Part shown: positions 1 to 13,930 of the stretch, piece by piece
How the letters are laid out: every line of letters begins with the position of its first letter
How positions within the stretch are numbered: the stretch's first letter is position 1
Origin: Eledone cirrhosa
Taxonomy: Eukaryota
Reading direction: 5' to 3'
Assembly: GCA_964016885.1 (NCBI GenBank)
Contig: OZ024743.1
Location: 188,542,001 to 188,606,000 of the forward strand
DNA: 64,000 bases
Notes under the pieces: generated by a model
What the model was told of the DNA's origin: nothing
Database searches by the model: none
What the model saw: the letters and a program-made list of their open reading frames with translations, nothing else
Program-made: the position numbers and the translations under genes

Positions 1-188
1 GGAAGGACATCTGTCTATCATAGGGTTAAACCCCCAGCTACTGCTGGTACTCATTTTCAGCTGAATTCACTGAAGCCACAGGAAATGAAATGTTTTGCTT
101 AAGAACACAACAAACAACCCAGTCCAGGAATCAAACCCATGACATTAGGATCATAAGGCCAATACACTTACCACTAGACCACGTGCCT
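1..188 (-). mobile_element. tRNA-derived SINE, same family as 59036-59310, truncated by the window edge
   Basis: Reverse complement reads AGGCACGTGGTCTAGTGGTAAG (A box)...GGGTTTGATTCC (B box)...CAGCTGAAAATGAGTACCAGCAGTAGCTGG, matching the copy at 59036. Confidence 0.75.
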
Positions 189-399
189 AGTGTAAACATG
201 AGATACTCAACATATGTAGTAGGATCACATGTAGGCTGACAGAGAAGGTAGACTTCATATACAGTAATCATCAATAAAGATACACAAAAAATAAACACCA
301 TCAAATGTATAGCAGGTTCACTAGAAATAGTAGAAAGCTTTTCATTTTGAAGTGACCTCATTAAGGGTGATGGTAAATGTACTGAACATATAGTTAGAG

Positions 400-720
400 T
401 GAGACTAGAGAGGAATATGTTCAAGGAGCTGTAACTTCTGCTGGCATTAAAGGGCCTCTCCCTCCAGGTGAAGAGCAGATTACATGATGCTTGTGTCACT
501 TAAAATGAATGAGGCATGAATGCTAAGCTGGATGCATAAGGGGAGAGAGTGTTGTATAAAGAGGTGCTAAGCATTTAATGTGGATGGTAATTGTGAAAGA
601 CATTGTATGAAGTTGTGAGGAATGATCTCAAGAAAGTGAGCCTTATGAAGGAGATGATAGAGTATTAGATTGACTGGCAATTTGTCGCACTTCAAAAGAT
701 CCACTCACCAGTACAAACAA
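400..720 (+). mobile_element. Decayed RTE LINE 3' coding fragment
   Basis: TTCAAGGAGCTG...GGCCTCTCCCTCCAGGTGAAGAGCAGATTACATGATGCTTGTG aligns by eye to the KFRELIPLL..GFSLKMKGRLYDAC segment of the intact RTE. Confidence 0.6.
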
Positions 721-1789
721 AAATAAATATGCCAAAATTTGGAGACAACATGGAGTGAATAAGGCCTTTACACACTGAGACAATGTCAGTATAATTTTAG
801 ACTGCACTCAGTACACTCTGTAATGTGATTGGTAATAAAATGGAGACAATACAGGGTTGGAGAAGACTCTTTAGTCTGGTCTCACATATACCAACTTGTT
901 TCGTGCTTTTTCCATGATAAAATACACTCAATACGTGCTGTAAAGTGGTAGTGATAGTGCTATCATAAATTGCATCAAGTACACCTTGAAAGGCAGTTGG
1001 TGATAAGATGGGCCCACAGCCATAGACACCACGCCAAATATGGCACATATGAGCAGGGTGTGGTTATTCTGACTTGTGTATCCTCAAAATGTGACAACAC
1101 ATCTACCCCATGCAAGCATGAAAGATAGAAGACTTAAGTAATTATAACTAGAACTCTTTTAATACTAGATGTGCCCAAAACAACAACAGAATTAAAACAA
1201 TAACCATTATTGATGTTTTTAATGTGGGAGAAATAAAATAGAATATTTTATAAAACATTGAGAGATTGTCCTGCTTGAATATGTATATATGATTGTGCTT
1301 CAGTGTAGGCTCTAGGTTGAAAAGAGTCAGTATACGGAGAAAGTATAGACAAAATTAATAAACCATGATGTGAATGTTAACAATTTATTATATCTTTTAC
1401 CTAAACAGATAAAGCATTAACTAATAAATCAAATTCAAGGCTCAAATTCAATTACAGGTAGAAGCTAATTAATTCAGCTTATGCTGAATATAGCTCTTGT
1501 AAAAGATATGAATGTCATTCAATGGTATACCAACACTGCAATTAAATTTGATACTCAACGCCTAAGCTCCAAATCTTCTTATAAATATTCACGATTTAAA
1601 GCTCAGTATATATATATATATTTCAATAATCATTTATTCATATAATTATGAGATGCATTTTAATTATATTCAATTACAATTAAATTATAGATTTTTAATA
1701 TTTATATAATACCATGTTATGGCTTTTTCTACTGATTATCCTATTATATTTTCATTATGCAAATGGGAAGAATTGTGAGAAATTCAGAC

Positions 1790-1900
1790 AAAATGCATTG
1801 CAGAATATTGTTATGACTTTTTACATTCTGTGTTCAAATCTCTCTGACTTCAGCTTTGCCTTCCATCCTTTTGTGGTTGATAAATAGAATACTTATCTAG
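1790..1900 (+). mobile_element. Decayed abundant tRNA-type SINE (other copies near 16130-16340 (-), 24890-25120, 28280-28490, 28940-29110)
   Basis: Shared string TTCTGTGTTCAAATC...CTTTGCCTTCCATCCTTTTGTGGTTGATAAATA; best copy at 28940 has a B box (GAGTTCAAATCC) followed by GCCTTCATCCTTACGGGGTCGATAAAATAAAGTACCAG. Confidence 0.55.
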
Positions 1901-1931
1901 AGGAGGTAAAATCAATTTTTATTATATATAT

Positions 1932-2325
1932 ATCATCATCATTTTATGTCCGCTTTTCCCTGCTTGCAAGGGTTGGATGGGTCCTATTCAGCACAGCATC
2001 TTTCCACTTGTCACAGTCCTTTGTCATCTCCTCCGTGAGTTTCAGAGATCTGAGGTTTGCTCTCACCACCTCCACCAATGTTTTTCGTGGTCTACCTCTA
2101 CTGCGTCTTCTTGCTACTGAGATTTATTGGCACTTCTTTACCCAGCAGTCATCCTCCATGTGCATCACATCACCATACCATCTCAGTCTTCTCTCCTGCA
2201 CATCACAACTTAACCCTCTTAACCCCAGTTTCTTTATCAACTCCTCTATGCTTGGTCGTTCACGCACATTGACAGTGCACATCCAACAGAGCATGCTTGC
2301 TTCATTTCTCTCCAGCCGTCGCATA
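1932..2325 (-). mobile_element. 5'-truncated RTE LINE, subfamily B, with (ATG)n tail
   Basis: ORF 2124-2324 (RRLERNEASMLCWMC...RRLRWYG) is RTE ORF C-terminus; tail CCAACCCTTGCAAGCAGGGAAAAGCGGAC..(ATG)n matches 61780-61845. Confidence 0.85.
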
Positions 2326-2687
2326 TATATTATTTAATATTTTCACTGATCTCAGTCACTGCACTGTGGTCATGTAGAGACACCACTTTAAAGGGTTTAT
2401 ACTACCATATCGATCTCAGTACTTATTTACTTCATTTTTATTGATCTCTATCTGTCAAACCTCTAAGTTATGGAGTGTAAAAAATTGAATGGATTATTAA
2501 GCACTGTATATATATAAATAATGCAAATAAGAACACACACACACACTCTCTCTCTCACAAACACACACATAAACACAGAGACATATATATACATATATAT
2601 ATATATATAACAAAGAGGGTGTGGTAACATACCAGGTGGACCATAAAGCACCAGAGTACTCAATACTTAGGGTAGAAGAGTGGGTAA

Positions 2688-2770
2688 TAGGAAAAGAATC
2701 AGGACCCCAACAACTGAGCTAGATCCGAAATTGCTGGAGCTCAGCCGTCGGGGTCCTGACTCTTTTCCTA
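2688..2770. repeat. 83-bp imperfect palindrome (MITE-like hairpin)
   Basis: TAGGAAAAGAATCAGGACCCCAACAACTGAGCT / AGCTCAGCCGTCGGGGTCCTGACTCTTTTCCTA around a 17-nt loop; ends in TA. Confidence 0.7.
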
Positions 2771-3189
2771 TATATATGAGAAAGAGAGAGGGGGGGGGGT
2801 AGAAAGAAAATAAGTTATAAAAATAGATAGACAGCCTGGCAGACAAAGAGATAGATAGATTTGAATTGGAAGCATTGCTGCTACAATTTTCATGTTCCTT
2901 ACATATCTTTCAATGTAACCTTACCAATATTGTATTTTTTATAAAAAAATCTTCTTTTCATATTTTATCCAGAGAATGGAATGTCTCCATTCGATCCCTT
3001 TTGTTTACGATAGAAATCATGAGTTAACTAAATAGCAGACTGCTTCTATTTGCATTTGTTATTGTGGACTAAAAAAAACAACATTGTCACTAGGAAGATA
3101 TGAACTCAAGACTTATGAATTACAAATGTTACCCTACATTATTTTAGCTCCTTCTATTTTGGCAATGCATACACACACACAAACACAAG

Positions 3190-3222
<33 letters not shown>

Positions 3223-4409
3223 TCACACAAATACAACCCCATACATATACATTTATTACTGATAGTGACTTTTATGTATTCTCTAATAAAAGATATTTGA
3301 AAAGGTTTCACTTTTATTCAACTTGCAATTTTGTTCTTTGCTATCCATTTTCATTAAAATAAATATTTCTCATAAAGGTTTTCTAAATTACAAATACGTT
3401 GTCCATCAAATTCTTTGATTGTTCTTGTAAGGTTTCTGGCTAAATGTAAATATAATTTCTTCAAAACATTTCAATGATATCTCCTGGGTGCCTCTAATAA
3501 TAAAACGTTCAGGTTCTTTTGTAGTCTTTCTATAGTGTGAAACCATTAGACCGTTTTCACGTATCCCTTGAACGTTTTGCTGACTCTAACTTTTACTAAG
3601 ATACATCCACTTGCTGAAGGAATGGTCATGGCAACATATTTATCGATTTCAGTATATGTAAGCTTTAACAGTTCATATTATCAGCCATATCATAACAAGA
3701 TGTTGACCTGAAATGTCTGGCTGTAGGTATCTTCAACTTCTATGGGTATTGTTTCTTTTTATAAAAACTATTGGCATTGATATATGGACAAGTGGCGCCC
3801 AACCATTGGCTTACAATAATTTACTTAAGTTATATAATGTCAAATTTGGTTGTTATCTATATAGGTAAATAGGAGATAGTTTCAATTATGTTTACAATTA
3901 TATATAAATTTACTGAATATTTCAGGTTATTATTAAACATATGAAAAACTTATTGGTTCATTAGACATTATACAGTTCTTTAAAACTAGAGAGAATATAC
4001 ATGTTAAATGTACCAATCAAATCTTCCACAAATCTCATGCTACCATCTCAAAAGAAGCCATATTGAAGCAGTCTATGGTACATAATTCCTGACAAAATTT
4101 TGGGACGTTCATGACTGCAGTGTCTTTAGTAATATATCCATACAATCAGTTAAAACCCAAGGCTAATCAACAACAACTGTCTTGACACAGTTTTGTGAAC
4201 ATTGTAGGAGTACTAGACTTAATGAATAATTAAATTTCAGTATTGAGTACAGTTCACTCCAATCACTAAGAATCAGAAATGGAAAATAATTGAACTATAA
4301 GCAGTAACATCAGATATTCTATATTCTGAAGCATATTCAATGTTATAGAATTATAGAAAACAACCATAACAATAGCATGATAGTTGGATATCGTCTATGA
4401 GCTCAGTTG

Positions 4410-6200
4410 GTCTTGCTTAGGCGAAGAAGAAGAAGAAGAAGAGCTACAAAAACAACAATAAGTACATAAACTTATGTTTTTTGAAGTCATTTCCTATATA
4501 GGGATTTAAGAGTAGAAATATATGTTATATTTTGATTCATAACTAGATATAGGCAGACATTCGTGATGGGGCAAGCAAACTCTGGTGATGTCTTCATATT
4601 TCCTCATGTTGTACTCGTGTTGTTCATCTACATGGCTCTCATAGGGGACTGTCATATCAACCAGGATGACTCTGGCACCTGCTTCTGATCACAGGACACT
4701 ATCTGGTCTTTGTTCTTTCTTGCTGATAAATTCTAGATAACTCTTATGTCAGTCTGGGAGATGAGCAAATATTGCCCAATTCTCTTCTAGTTTAAGCAGG
4801 TTTAATCTGAACACAACTTCATAACATGATATCATTTTGGATCCACACCATTTCTTCTCATTCCCTTATTTTACAAATGTTTGGGCTGAATCAGTGCTTT
4901 TGAGTTGCATCTGATCCCAGATTGATCGAGTCAACTCTTCTAGCAATCTGTTTTATCTTCACTTATATCTGCCATTGGTAAGCATTAACATACATGGACT
5001 TTAGACGTGCTCCATCGTTTCTTGTTAATTCTTGCACAGAGAGCATTTAGGGTCCTTTCCTTTGCCCCATTTGTCAAGGTTCTTTGATGGAAGAAGGTTG
5101 TATATGGCTCGTATAATAAAGTTCACCCTGAGTGGTGCCAACTCAACACATATTTCTAAGTAAGTGACCTTTGCAATGTCTCATCCTAGTTCATCCAAAG
5201 ATCCTGTCAGGACTGCTGAACTGCTTTTGTGTTACTCTTTCTGTTCTTCTAACCCCTCACTTCCTGAATAACCCAGTCACAATGTTCCTTACCTGTAGTA
5301 TTTGACCACCATTGTACTTTGTTCATACCTAGACACTGTGACTAGTTGTGGTCAAGGCTTTCCACTGGACTTTCCACTTTCTGCCAGTCTTTAGAGTGGG
5401 CTGTACTTCTATGACTACTCCATCTTGAGCATTATCTGCAGTCTTGTCTATCCCACCTTGTATTCTTCTACAATGGATTTAAATGGCAACTTCAATTTAG
5501 ACTTTTGGCAATTCAGTGCTACATCAGTCAGCCCAGAGGGTGAATCAAGTCACTTTCTGGTGGATTCATTAATTTTCTTCTCTATTGCATTGATTTCACT
5601 AATAGTAATCTCTTATAAAAGCAAAGACCATAGTGACATTAGTATAAGGATGTGCTGGAAGTACCACAATTTGTATTCCCCTGCCAATGTGTAAGGGTCA
5701 ATCTTTTTGAGACTTTCAGATCCTGTGCTAGCCATCACATTCACTTGTTTGGTGTCTTTCAAGGAGTCATCTCACAATCTCCCCGGATACTTCACTGGCT
5801 CTGTTGATACTGTTGGGATTTTTTGGCCACCCATATCTGAATTTCTTTGGTTGAAAGTCATCAGACACAAATTCATAAGGTCATCAAGTTGACTGAGTAG
5901 GCTCTGTGTTTCAGACACTTTGGATGCCAGGATAGTCCATGAAGGCCTAAAGTGGTGGCATGTGACTTCTTCCGCCCAGCCTCGTTGGCTTTATCTTGTT
6001 TTCTGTAGCTATGAGCTGGCTGCACCTGCATTGCCAGAACAAAGAGTATTGGTGACATTGTACATCTTATTGGGATTCCCACTTTCAGTACAGGATTCAG
6101 AGCTGTGTTTATTGATGTTACTCCAATTAATCCACCTCTTTGTTTGGCATAGAAAGTCTACCACTCTTAAATATGTTTCAAGGGCATTGTTCTCTTATCA
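4410..6200 (-). pseudogene. Decayed RLE-type non-LTR retrotransposon (Hero-like): RT C-terminus, CCHC region and restriction-like endonuclease
   Basis: Minus-strand peptides GIPIRCTMSPILFVLAMQV (RT), KLKLPFKSIVEEYKV, TLKTGRKW, FIIRAIYNLLPSKNLDKWGK..CSLC, RPDSVL..VILVDMTVPYE (RLE PD..ELTVPWE-like); many stops and frameshifts; ends near a (TTC)n tract at 4422-4443. Confidence 0.75.
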
Positions 6201-6943
6201 GTGATTGAAGACAGAATTTGAACAGAGAACGCAAAGAGCCAGAAGAGGTACTGCAAGGCTTCTTGTTAGACACTGAACTGGTACATTGTTTACATTGTTT
6301 TCTGTTACTAAAAGAACAATGTTTTAACAACTCTACCAGTTTACTGCCATTATAATTGTAAATATAACTTCATTGATTATTTATTCCTGAATTATTTCTG
6401 GTTCTTATTTTAACAACACCAGAAATATGGTAGACTAATTTGGAATGATATGGTTTTGAGACTAAAAATCACAACAATATTTTAACTATTATTGTATAGC
6501 TTCTCATTTTATGTATAGATACATTACCAGTGTTTCCATTAAGGGTAAAAATATCTAAATTTTCACATATGTTCTAAATCAATCTGAAATATTCAGAACT
6601 TATTTGAAAAGTTACACATCTAATGGATTGACTGATAATGCATATTAAATTGCTAAGTCATGGGCCATAAACAAAAACACTGACACACATGCATATAAAC
6701 ATATATATATATATACATTTTGGTCTGGCAAACCAAAGATGTAGTTTTGTGTCCCATGAACATCAATACTCATCCTTTTTTTTCCATTCATAGGGTTTTT
6801 TTAAATCCCAACTAACAGACTAATTCTATTTAGTCAAATAAGGTGTAAGCACAGGTTACTACCTAATATTTAAATTTGCTAGCCGTTTCTAAACAAAGCC
6901 TGCATTGTGTCTTCCTATTTACATATATATATATATATATATA

Positions 6944-7702
6944 TCATCATCATCATCATCATCGTTTAATGTCCATCTTCCACGCTTGCATGGGTTTGGA
7001 CGGGAGTTTTCCCACTTGAGGCAAGATTGTTTGTCTTGCTCGCATAGGACTGTATGGCGGGTTTTCTATGGCTGGATGCCCTTCCTAACACCAACCATGT
7101 TTACAGTGTGGACTGGGAGGTTTTTACCATGTTACCTACATGGCCACATTACAGCGTGGACTGTGTGTTTTTTTTTCGTGACACCTACACGACCTCATTT
7201 ATTTTGTACTGGATGTTGTGGGACCAACATAACTTTACATCAAAAGGGTGGTGTGGATGGGGTGGTGGGACAGGGGTGTATTTTTGTTAGAGGTGCCTAC
7301 TGACTGTAGGTTTCGCTTTGTACTTTGGCAAGGCGGGTCTTCTGTATTACTGTGTAGCGCCAAAGATCTCGGTCCAGTGACATTGTCTTGGAGAGGTGTA
7401 AGTGTGTGAGGTGGGAATTTATCAAGTTGTCCCAGGTTTTTCTGGGTCTGCCTACTCCGTGGCTACCGTCTATTTTTATCACCCTGCACTTTTTTATACA
7501 GCTGTCATCTTTCATGCGCATCACATAGTCTTCTCTCGAGTAAACAATATCTGATTCCTCTTATTCCTAATTTCTCCCTTAGTTCATTTATGCTTTGCCG
7601 TTCACGTATATTACTATTACACATCCAATGAAGCATGCAAGCTTTGTTCCTCTCCAGTCTGCATATATCCTCTGCACACAATGCCCAAGTCTCACTGCCA
7701 TA
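6944..7702 (-). mobile_element. 5'-truncated RTE LINE, subfamily A, with 3' UTR and (ATG)n tail
   Basis: ORFs 7297-7524 and 7505-7756 match the C-terminus of 17069-20314 (GSETWALCAEDI..., MRMKDDSCIKKC...GRPRKTW). Confidence 0.9.
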
Positions 7703-10391
7703 TATATGTGACAATGTGGAAGGAGTGGTACAATAATAGATAAAAGAAGGCAACAAAGCTGATCTGTGTTACCTGTTCTTTATTCAAATATGACCTTAAT
7801 TTTGTAGATAAAATCTCCTTATCAGAAGTCAATGGTTTCAAACCATAAAGAAAAACTATGCTAATTTCCATAGTTAAAATAAATGAAATAATTGACAAAT
7901 TAAAGACAATGGTTTTCATCAAAGTATACACTATCCATAGGGAGTTTGATTTGAAACCTGACTAATTAATTAGTAGGCAGTATGTTTGTGTTTCACCAAA
8001 TTCTATTTATTATGTAATCACACACATGCACATTGAAACATAGATTAATTCTGAAATGTAATTGAACAAATTGCAACTGGAAATATTTCAACAGAGACTG
8101 AAACCTAAAGATATTCCCTAATTTCATCATGCTTCTTAACATGTTATTTTCTTTTAATTCAGTTCAATAAGTTATCTCATATTCAAGATTTAATTGAAAA
8201 TAATTATAACTCTGCTTCCAAGTCTATATATGTGTTTCTACTCATTAAAATGCTTCATATTATTTGACATTAACTTAAATATATCTTAAATTCGACTTTT
8301 AATTTAAAAATAATTATAACTCTCCCAAAGCAAGGAACACAGCAAGTAACACAAGAAACATGTCATCAAACCCCTAATCTCTCTCACATAAACCCACCAC
8401 AATATTTTTGCCTTACCATCCTCTACATATAAATAACTGTCACAATCCAGCAAAACACAAACAACTTCCAAGCTGCCTTCTCCCCATTTAGGAGGGTTAT
8501 CAAAATGTAGGCATATGCCTATGTGTAGAATTTATTAACATTTAGGCATATTTTCATATGAACATATATGCATTTTTTTATATAAGTGTTTGGATGTAAG
8601 TATGAGTGCAGAGTTATGAACATACATTTAGGTACATGTGATGTTTGCATAAGCCCTATCTCATTCCTTAAAACAGAAGCTTATGGGTGCAAATAGTGGT
8701 TAGTTTCCAAATGTTAGTGAAAGAGTTTAACCTAGAAAGACATGGGACGAAGTAACGAATACTAACCTATGGAAGCTGTAATAGGGTTGTATTAGAAGGT
8801 GTCTTGTGCTGTAGACACCATAACAGAAAGGTTTTATAGGTCTTTAAGTTACAGTACCACAGCCTCTCTAGTGCTGGTGCCATTAAAATGCCCACTGTAT
8901 GCCTTGTAATGTGGTTGATAATAGGAAGATCATCTAGATGTAGAATTCACAGCACAAAAGTGTTGAGAAGATGCTTGATTTGTGTTAAGAGCACAACAAC
9001 CTCTCTAGTTTTGGAGATATGATAAAATTCACCCGGTACATACTGCAAAGTGGTTGGTGATAAGAGGGCTCCCAGCCATAGAAAACCTGCCAGAAAGGGC
9101 AGTTGTATCAAAGATGTGACAAACTCCCTTGTGCTGGAGGTATAATAAAATACAGCCATTTCGCTCTGCAGAATGCAGGACTGTGTGTAAAGGATATGCA
9201 ACCACCAGTTCATTTGTAGCTCTGATTACGTACTGATTTGTTCTGTGATAACATGTACAACATTTGCTAGCAAGCAAAAATAGATGTTAAACAATGATGA
9301 TATATACTTGTTGTTGATTATTGATTATTAGACTATAAACACATATATATATGTATATCCATATATATATATATTGTGGATTATTTCAAAAATTCAATTC
9401 TCAAATTTTAAGTAAATGAGTAGAAAATAGGTACAAAAACGAGATGGAAAATTTAATAAAATTAACAAAATATGATATATAAAATGTTCAATATTTGTAT
9501 GAGGAGAAATATACAGAATTCTGGAACCAATTTTATTGAAATATAATCTGATTCTGAGCCGTCATGTTAATATATCTTTTCATATAATGATAAAGTTATT
9601 ATGTCAAAAGATGATTAAATGAGATAAATTAAACATGGAACAAACTTAATAGATGCCACAGACAATCAGTCTATGAAAGAACACACTATGTGGCTGATAT
9701 ATGAAAAAAACATTATGCTATAGGTTCACATATAATGCCAGTCATATGAGGTTAGATTTAAGATGTCTCAACTGCCTTCAATGCTCCACACACAAATGAG
9801 AGATTGGTATGATGTATGCCATAAGGCAGCGATGGTGAACCTATAGCATACATGTCTGCAGTGACACATTACAGGGTTTTAAGTGACAAGTGATAGACTT
9901 TGAAAATGAGAACAGAACTAAAGTAACTTCAATCAATTTTGTTCTCTTATCTTTATTTTACAAATATATATTTAGATTTTAAATTATATTTGGTTAAAAC
10001 TCTTAGATTTTAAGTACATTTGAAGAATAGCCCATATATCTACATACACATTAAACACATACATGTAAATGACAGTCCAGTTATATGATTATTTAAACAT
10101 TTCATTGCCATATTTATAATAAAATATACTTCCTATGTGTATTCCTTCATTTTGAAATTTTGAATAATTTAATGTAATAACTATTTTGTGAGTAAGCATA
10201 TGTTTAAATATTGCTTAACAAAAATCTATTAAATAAAATTATGATGAAAGGTTTTAATATAAGTATGAATATTAAAAAATGAGCAGCTGTATATCACATA
10301 TATCATCATCATCATCATCATCATCATCATTTTACGTCCGCTTTTCCCTGCTTGCAAGGGTGGGACGGGTCTTATTCAGCACAGCATCTCT

Positions 10392-10430
<39 letters not shown>

Positions 10431-10570
10431 AAGGTTAAACAAGGTTCAATGAATAAATCAAAGAATGAGTTTTACAATAGATTGGAAGCACTCAACAGTA
10501 TTGGTTTTCCGGAGTTATTAATATTAATTAAAAATATTAACAAAAATAGAACTTCTTGTAATCAAGTATA

Positions 10571-10633
10571 TTTTATTATACATATTTCAGAGGTACTGAG
10601 CTAACTTCAACAGTACGTCCTCATCAGATAAAA
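10571..10633 (-). ncRNA. Minimal type I hammerhead ribozyme motif (left arm copy)
   Basis: Reverse complement of 11283-11345; core and stems conserved. Confidence 0.75.
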
Positions 10634-11282
10634 CAAGATGATGTATGACATACCCTGACATAGTAGATGGTTAAGATCCAGTCATGGTAGGGAGTAAGAT
10701 TGACAAAACTCAATATTTATATACCTTAAAAAAACTTACATATAATACAGAGGGTGCGTGTGAGAAAGCTTAAAAATACATAACAGCAATTTACATAACT
10801 GTTAGAGATTCAAATAATTAAAATTATTGAAGAAAGAGGAAAGAAAAAAAGAAAGACAGAGAGAAAACAATAATTCAAAGATTCGAGTTTACTCTTTCGC
10901 AAAGCTATGCCCAAATGTATAGTTCTGTATAGATATATATAATTCATCCCTCCCTATGTATTCCTCTTTGTCTCTCTTTCCTTGATCAATTCTCTTTTGC
11001 TCTCTATACTCCTACTAGCTATATTATCCCCTCATCTGTTTTTCTTTTTTCTTTCCTCTTTCTTCAATAATTTAAATTATTTGAATCTCTAACAGTTATG
11101 TGTATTGCTGTTATGTATTTTTAAGCTTTCTCACACGCACCCTCTGTATTATATGTATTATATGTAAGTTTTTAATGTTTCAATCTTAAGGTATATAAAT
11201 ACTGAGTTTTGTCATATCTTACTCACTACCATGACTGGATCTTAACCATCTACTATATCAGGGTATGTCATGCATCATCTTG

Positions 11283-11345
11283 TTTTATCTGATGAGGACG
11301 TACTGTTGAAGTTAGCTCAGTACCTCTGAAATATGTATAATAAAA
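11283..11345 (+). ncRNA. Minimal type I hammerhead ribozyme motif (PLE type)
   Basis: TTTTAT-CTGATGA-GGacGTACTG..CAGTACctCT-GAAA-TATGTA-TA-ATAAAA: stem I TTTTAT/ATAAAA, canonical core, self-complementary 6-nt stem III. Confidence 0.8.
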
Positions 11346-11433
11346 TATACTTGATCACAAGAAGTTCTACTTTTGTTAATATTTTGAATTAATATATATA
11401 TATATATATATATTTATTAAAATAACAGATTAA

Positions 11434-11484
11434 AGTTTAAGCAAAGAATCGCTGCTTTCACCCTTAACGGGATCTTCTGAAACT
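11434..11484 (-). ncRNA. Hammerhead-like motif with CAGAAGA core and complete stem III (second copy at 31298-31348)
   Basis: AGTTT-CAGAAGA-tCCCgttaaGGGt-GAAA-GCAgcgattcttTGC-TT-AAACT. Confidence 0.6.
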
Positions 11485-12819
11485 AACAATATATACATGT
11501 GTGTGTGTATATATATATAATAACATTAAAAAGTATTTTGTGTCTTACTAACTGCTATTTATTTTCTGTCTTCAAGTTGACTCCATACACATGGGGCAAC
11601 TAAAAAGTTCATAGGCTGTCCAAGTTACTCTCACGGAATGACCAAATGAGGTTTATTTTTCAACATAGACCCTAAAATGAAACAATGCAGTTATTAATGA
11701 GAATAGTGGAAATTAATGCATGCAATGTTTCACAGCACTAGCATCATTCCTTCATAGTCATGCTATGAACGTTTCAGCAGACCCACATAATGTTGAGTAA
11801 CATGGATCAAGAAAATTCTGCTGTCTTGAAAATTAGACCATTTCTTCACTCAGTTTTGTATTTCGATTTTAAAGGGAAATTACCAAATCCTGCTCATACA
11901 TTCCATTTTGTCATAGTTTCTACAGTTTAGGTTCCCTTCCTTATGCCAATCTTCGTGCATTTTTCATTAAAAAATGCACGAAGTTGCTCCTGGATCTACT
12001 TGTTTGACCCACACTTATAGTAGTGTTTCACACAGACAATGCAGTGCCAAAGATCCCAATTAGGTCTTGTTGTTTTCTCAGATGTTGTATCTAATATGTC
12101 TTAAAATGTAAGGTTGATCAGTTAGGAAATGAATAAACAGTGATACAAAATCTGTGCAGAGTCAGTTTATTTTTAGTTACCCTGTATCTTACCCTAGATA
12201 CAATTTGCTTTTTAGTCATAAAACTCATCATTACTGTATCTCCTCACTCCCTCTCCTTAGCCTCTCAGATCCCACCTATTCATCATATTTCTTTAGTAAT
12301 TATTTTCATCATCACTATATTCCCCATGTCACTCACATCTTCCTTTTCTCTTCAAAATAACACTCAGCCCTCCATTAACCCATTAAATATAAAGATCTTT
12401 TGTAGCTATTCCCATAACCATTGTCCCTCATCCCACTCTATCCTTGATCACAATTTTTTGTCTCCCACACTATACCCTTACAAATCTGTTCACACTTGTC
12501 ATACATGACACCCTACCTGACATTCTTCCTTATCAATTATACCTACTATCATACATTCATAACTTCGTATGTGGTACCCTAACACATTTTCTCACTCCTA
12601 AGGCATCCTCCACTCTCTTCTCTGAGTAGATGGAGCTCTTCAGGCAAGTCAGGAAGATCTCCCTAGTGATGAGACACACCACGATAAGACACACCCTGTC
12701 CATGCTGTAAAGTGATTGGCATAAGGAAGGGAACCTAAACTGTAGAAACTATGACAAAATGGAATGTATGAGCAGGATTGGTAATCTAACCTATTTTGCC
12801 TCAGTACATTATGACCTTC

Positions 12820-13930
12820 CAAGTGATGTCTTCTTGGCATTTGTGGACCTGGAAAAGCTTTTGAAAGAGTCTCCTGTTCCATTATCAGGTAGGCTCTTAG
12901 AAAACTAGAAGTAGATGAGGGGCTTGTGTGGCTAAGACAAGCCATGTATAGAGGAACAGTCAGCAAAGTTAAAATTAATAATGACTATAGTGAAGAATTC
13001 AGCATTCACCAAGGCTCCATTCTGAGCCCTCTCCTGTTTATTATCATTCTTCAGGATAAAACCAAAGAGTTTAAGACTGCTGTCCTTGGAAATATCTGTA
13101 TTCAGATGATCTAATTCTTATAGCTAAATCTATGGCAGAATTAGAGAAAAACTTCCAAATCTGGAATCATGGCCTAGAATCTAAGGATCTTATAGTCAAC
13201 TGGCAAAGACCCAAATCCTAGTATGTAAAAAGGAATACAGGGCCCAGATTACCCTAGGAAAATGGCCTTGATTAGTGTGCAGGAAAGTAGTCGGTAGAAA
13301 TTCATCCTATGTCCCAAATACAAACTATGGGAACACAAGAGATGTAGTGGGATTTCAGGTAGGTTAGCAAAGAACACAGGTTTTATATGTGGTTGTTGCA
13401 CAGTTAAAGTAAGGAGCAAGAGCATACAGAATACAAACTCCTTTAAATGTCCAGAGGGCTCAGTAGGAGTAGTTGAATGATTCAATTACCTGAGTGACCA
13501 AAATAGCCATGGAAGTGGATGTTCTGAAAGTACTGTAGCCAGAATGAGAACGGAATGGAGAAAGTTCAGGAAGCTATGACTGCTGCTAACTTCAAATGAG
13601 TTTCACTCAAAATGAAAGGCAGATTGTAGAATACGTGTATACAAATGCCAATTCTGAATGATAATGAGACTTGGGCAGTGTGCAGAGGAAATACGAAGAA
13701 TGGAAAGAAATGAAGCCAGCATTCTTTGATGGATGTGTATTAGTATTATACATGAACAGCAAAGTATTAATGATCTGAGAGAGAAACTGGACATAAGAGT
13801 GATCAGTTGCAGTGTGCAGAAGAGGAGAATGTGCTGTTATGGACATGTAATGCATTTGAAGGATGACTGGTGTATAAAAAGGTGCAGGGAACTCAAAGTT
13901 AATGGAAGATAGGGAGTAAGAAGATCTCTG
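12820..13930 (+). pseudogene. Decayed RTE LINE RT/PHD/C-terminal fragment; RTE-type 3' UTR and (ATG)n tail at about 14185-14545
   Basis: LAFVDLEKAF, QAMYRGTVSKVKINNDYSEEF, HQGSILSPLLFII with stops and frameshifts. Confidence 0.85.

Larger units (their letters stand above)
10428..11395. mobile_element. Fold-back non-coding PLE-type insertion (arms about 10521-10860 and 11035-11395) between two (TA)n tracts
   Basis: Arms are reverse complements with scattered substitutions and indels; each contains an HHR; (TA)n at 10395-10427 and 11392-11413. Confidence 0.85.

Noticed and set aside
11585-11790. Tc1/mariner- or hAT-like MITE remnants (also near 9826 and 26190-26515)
   Set aside because: Termini are too degenerate to pair confidently.
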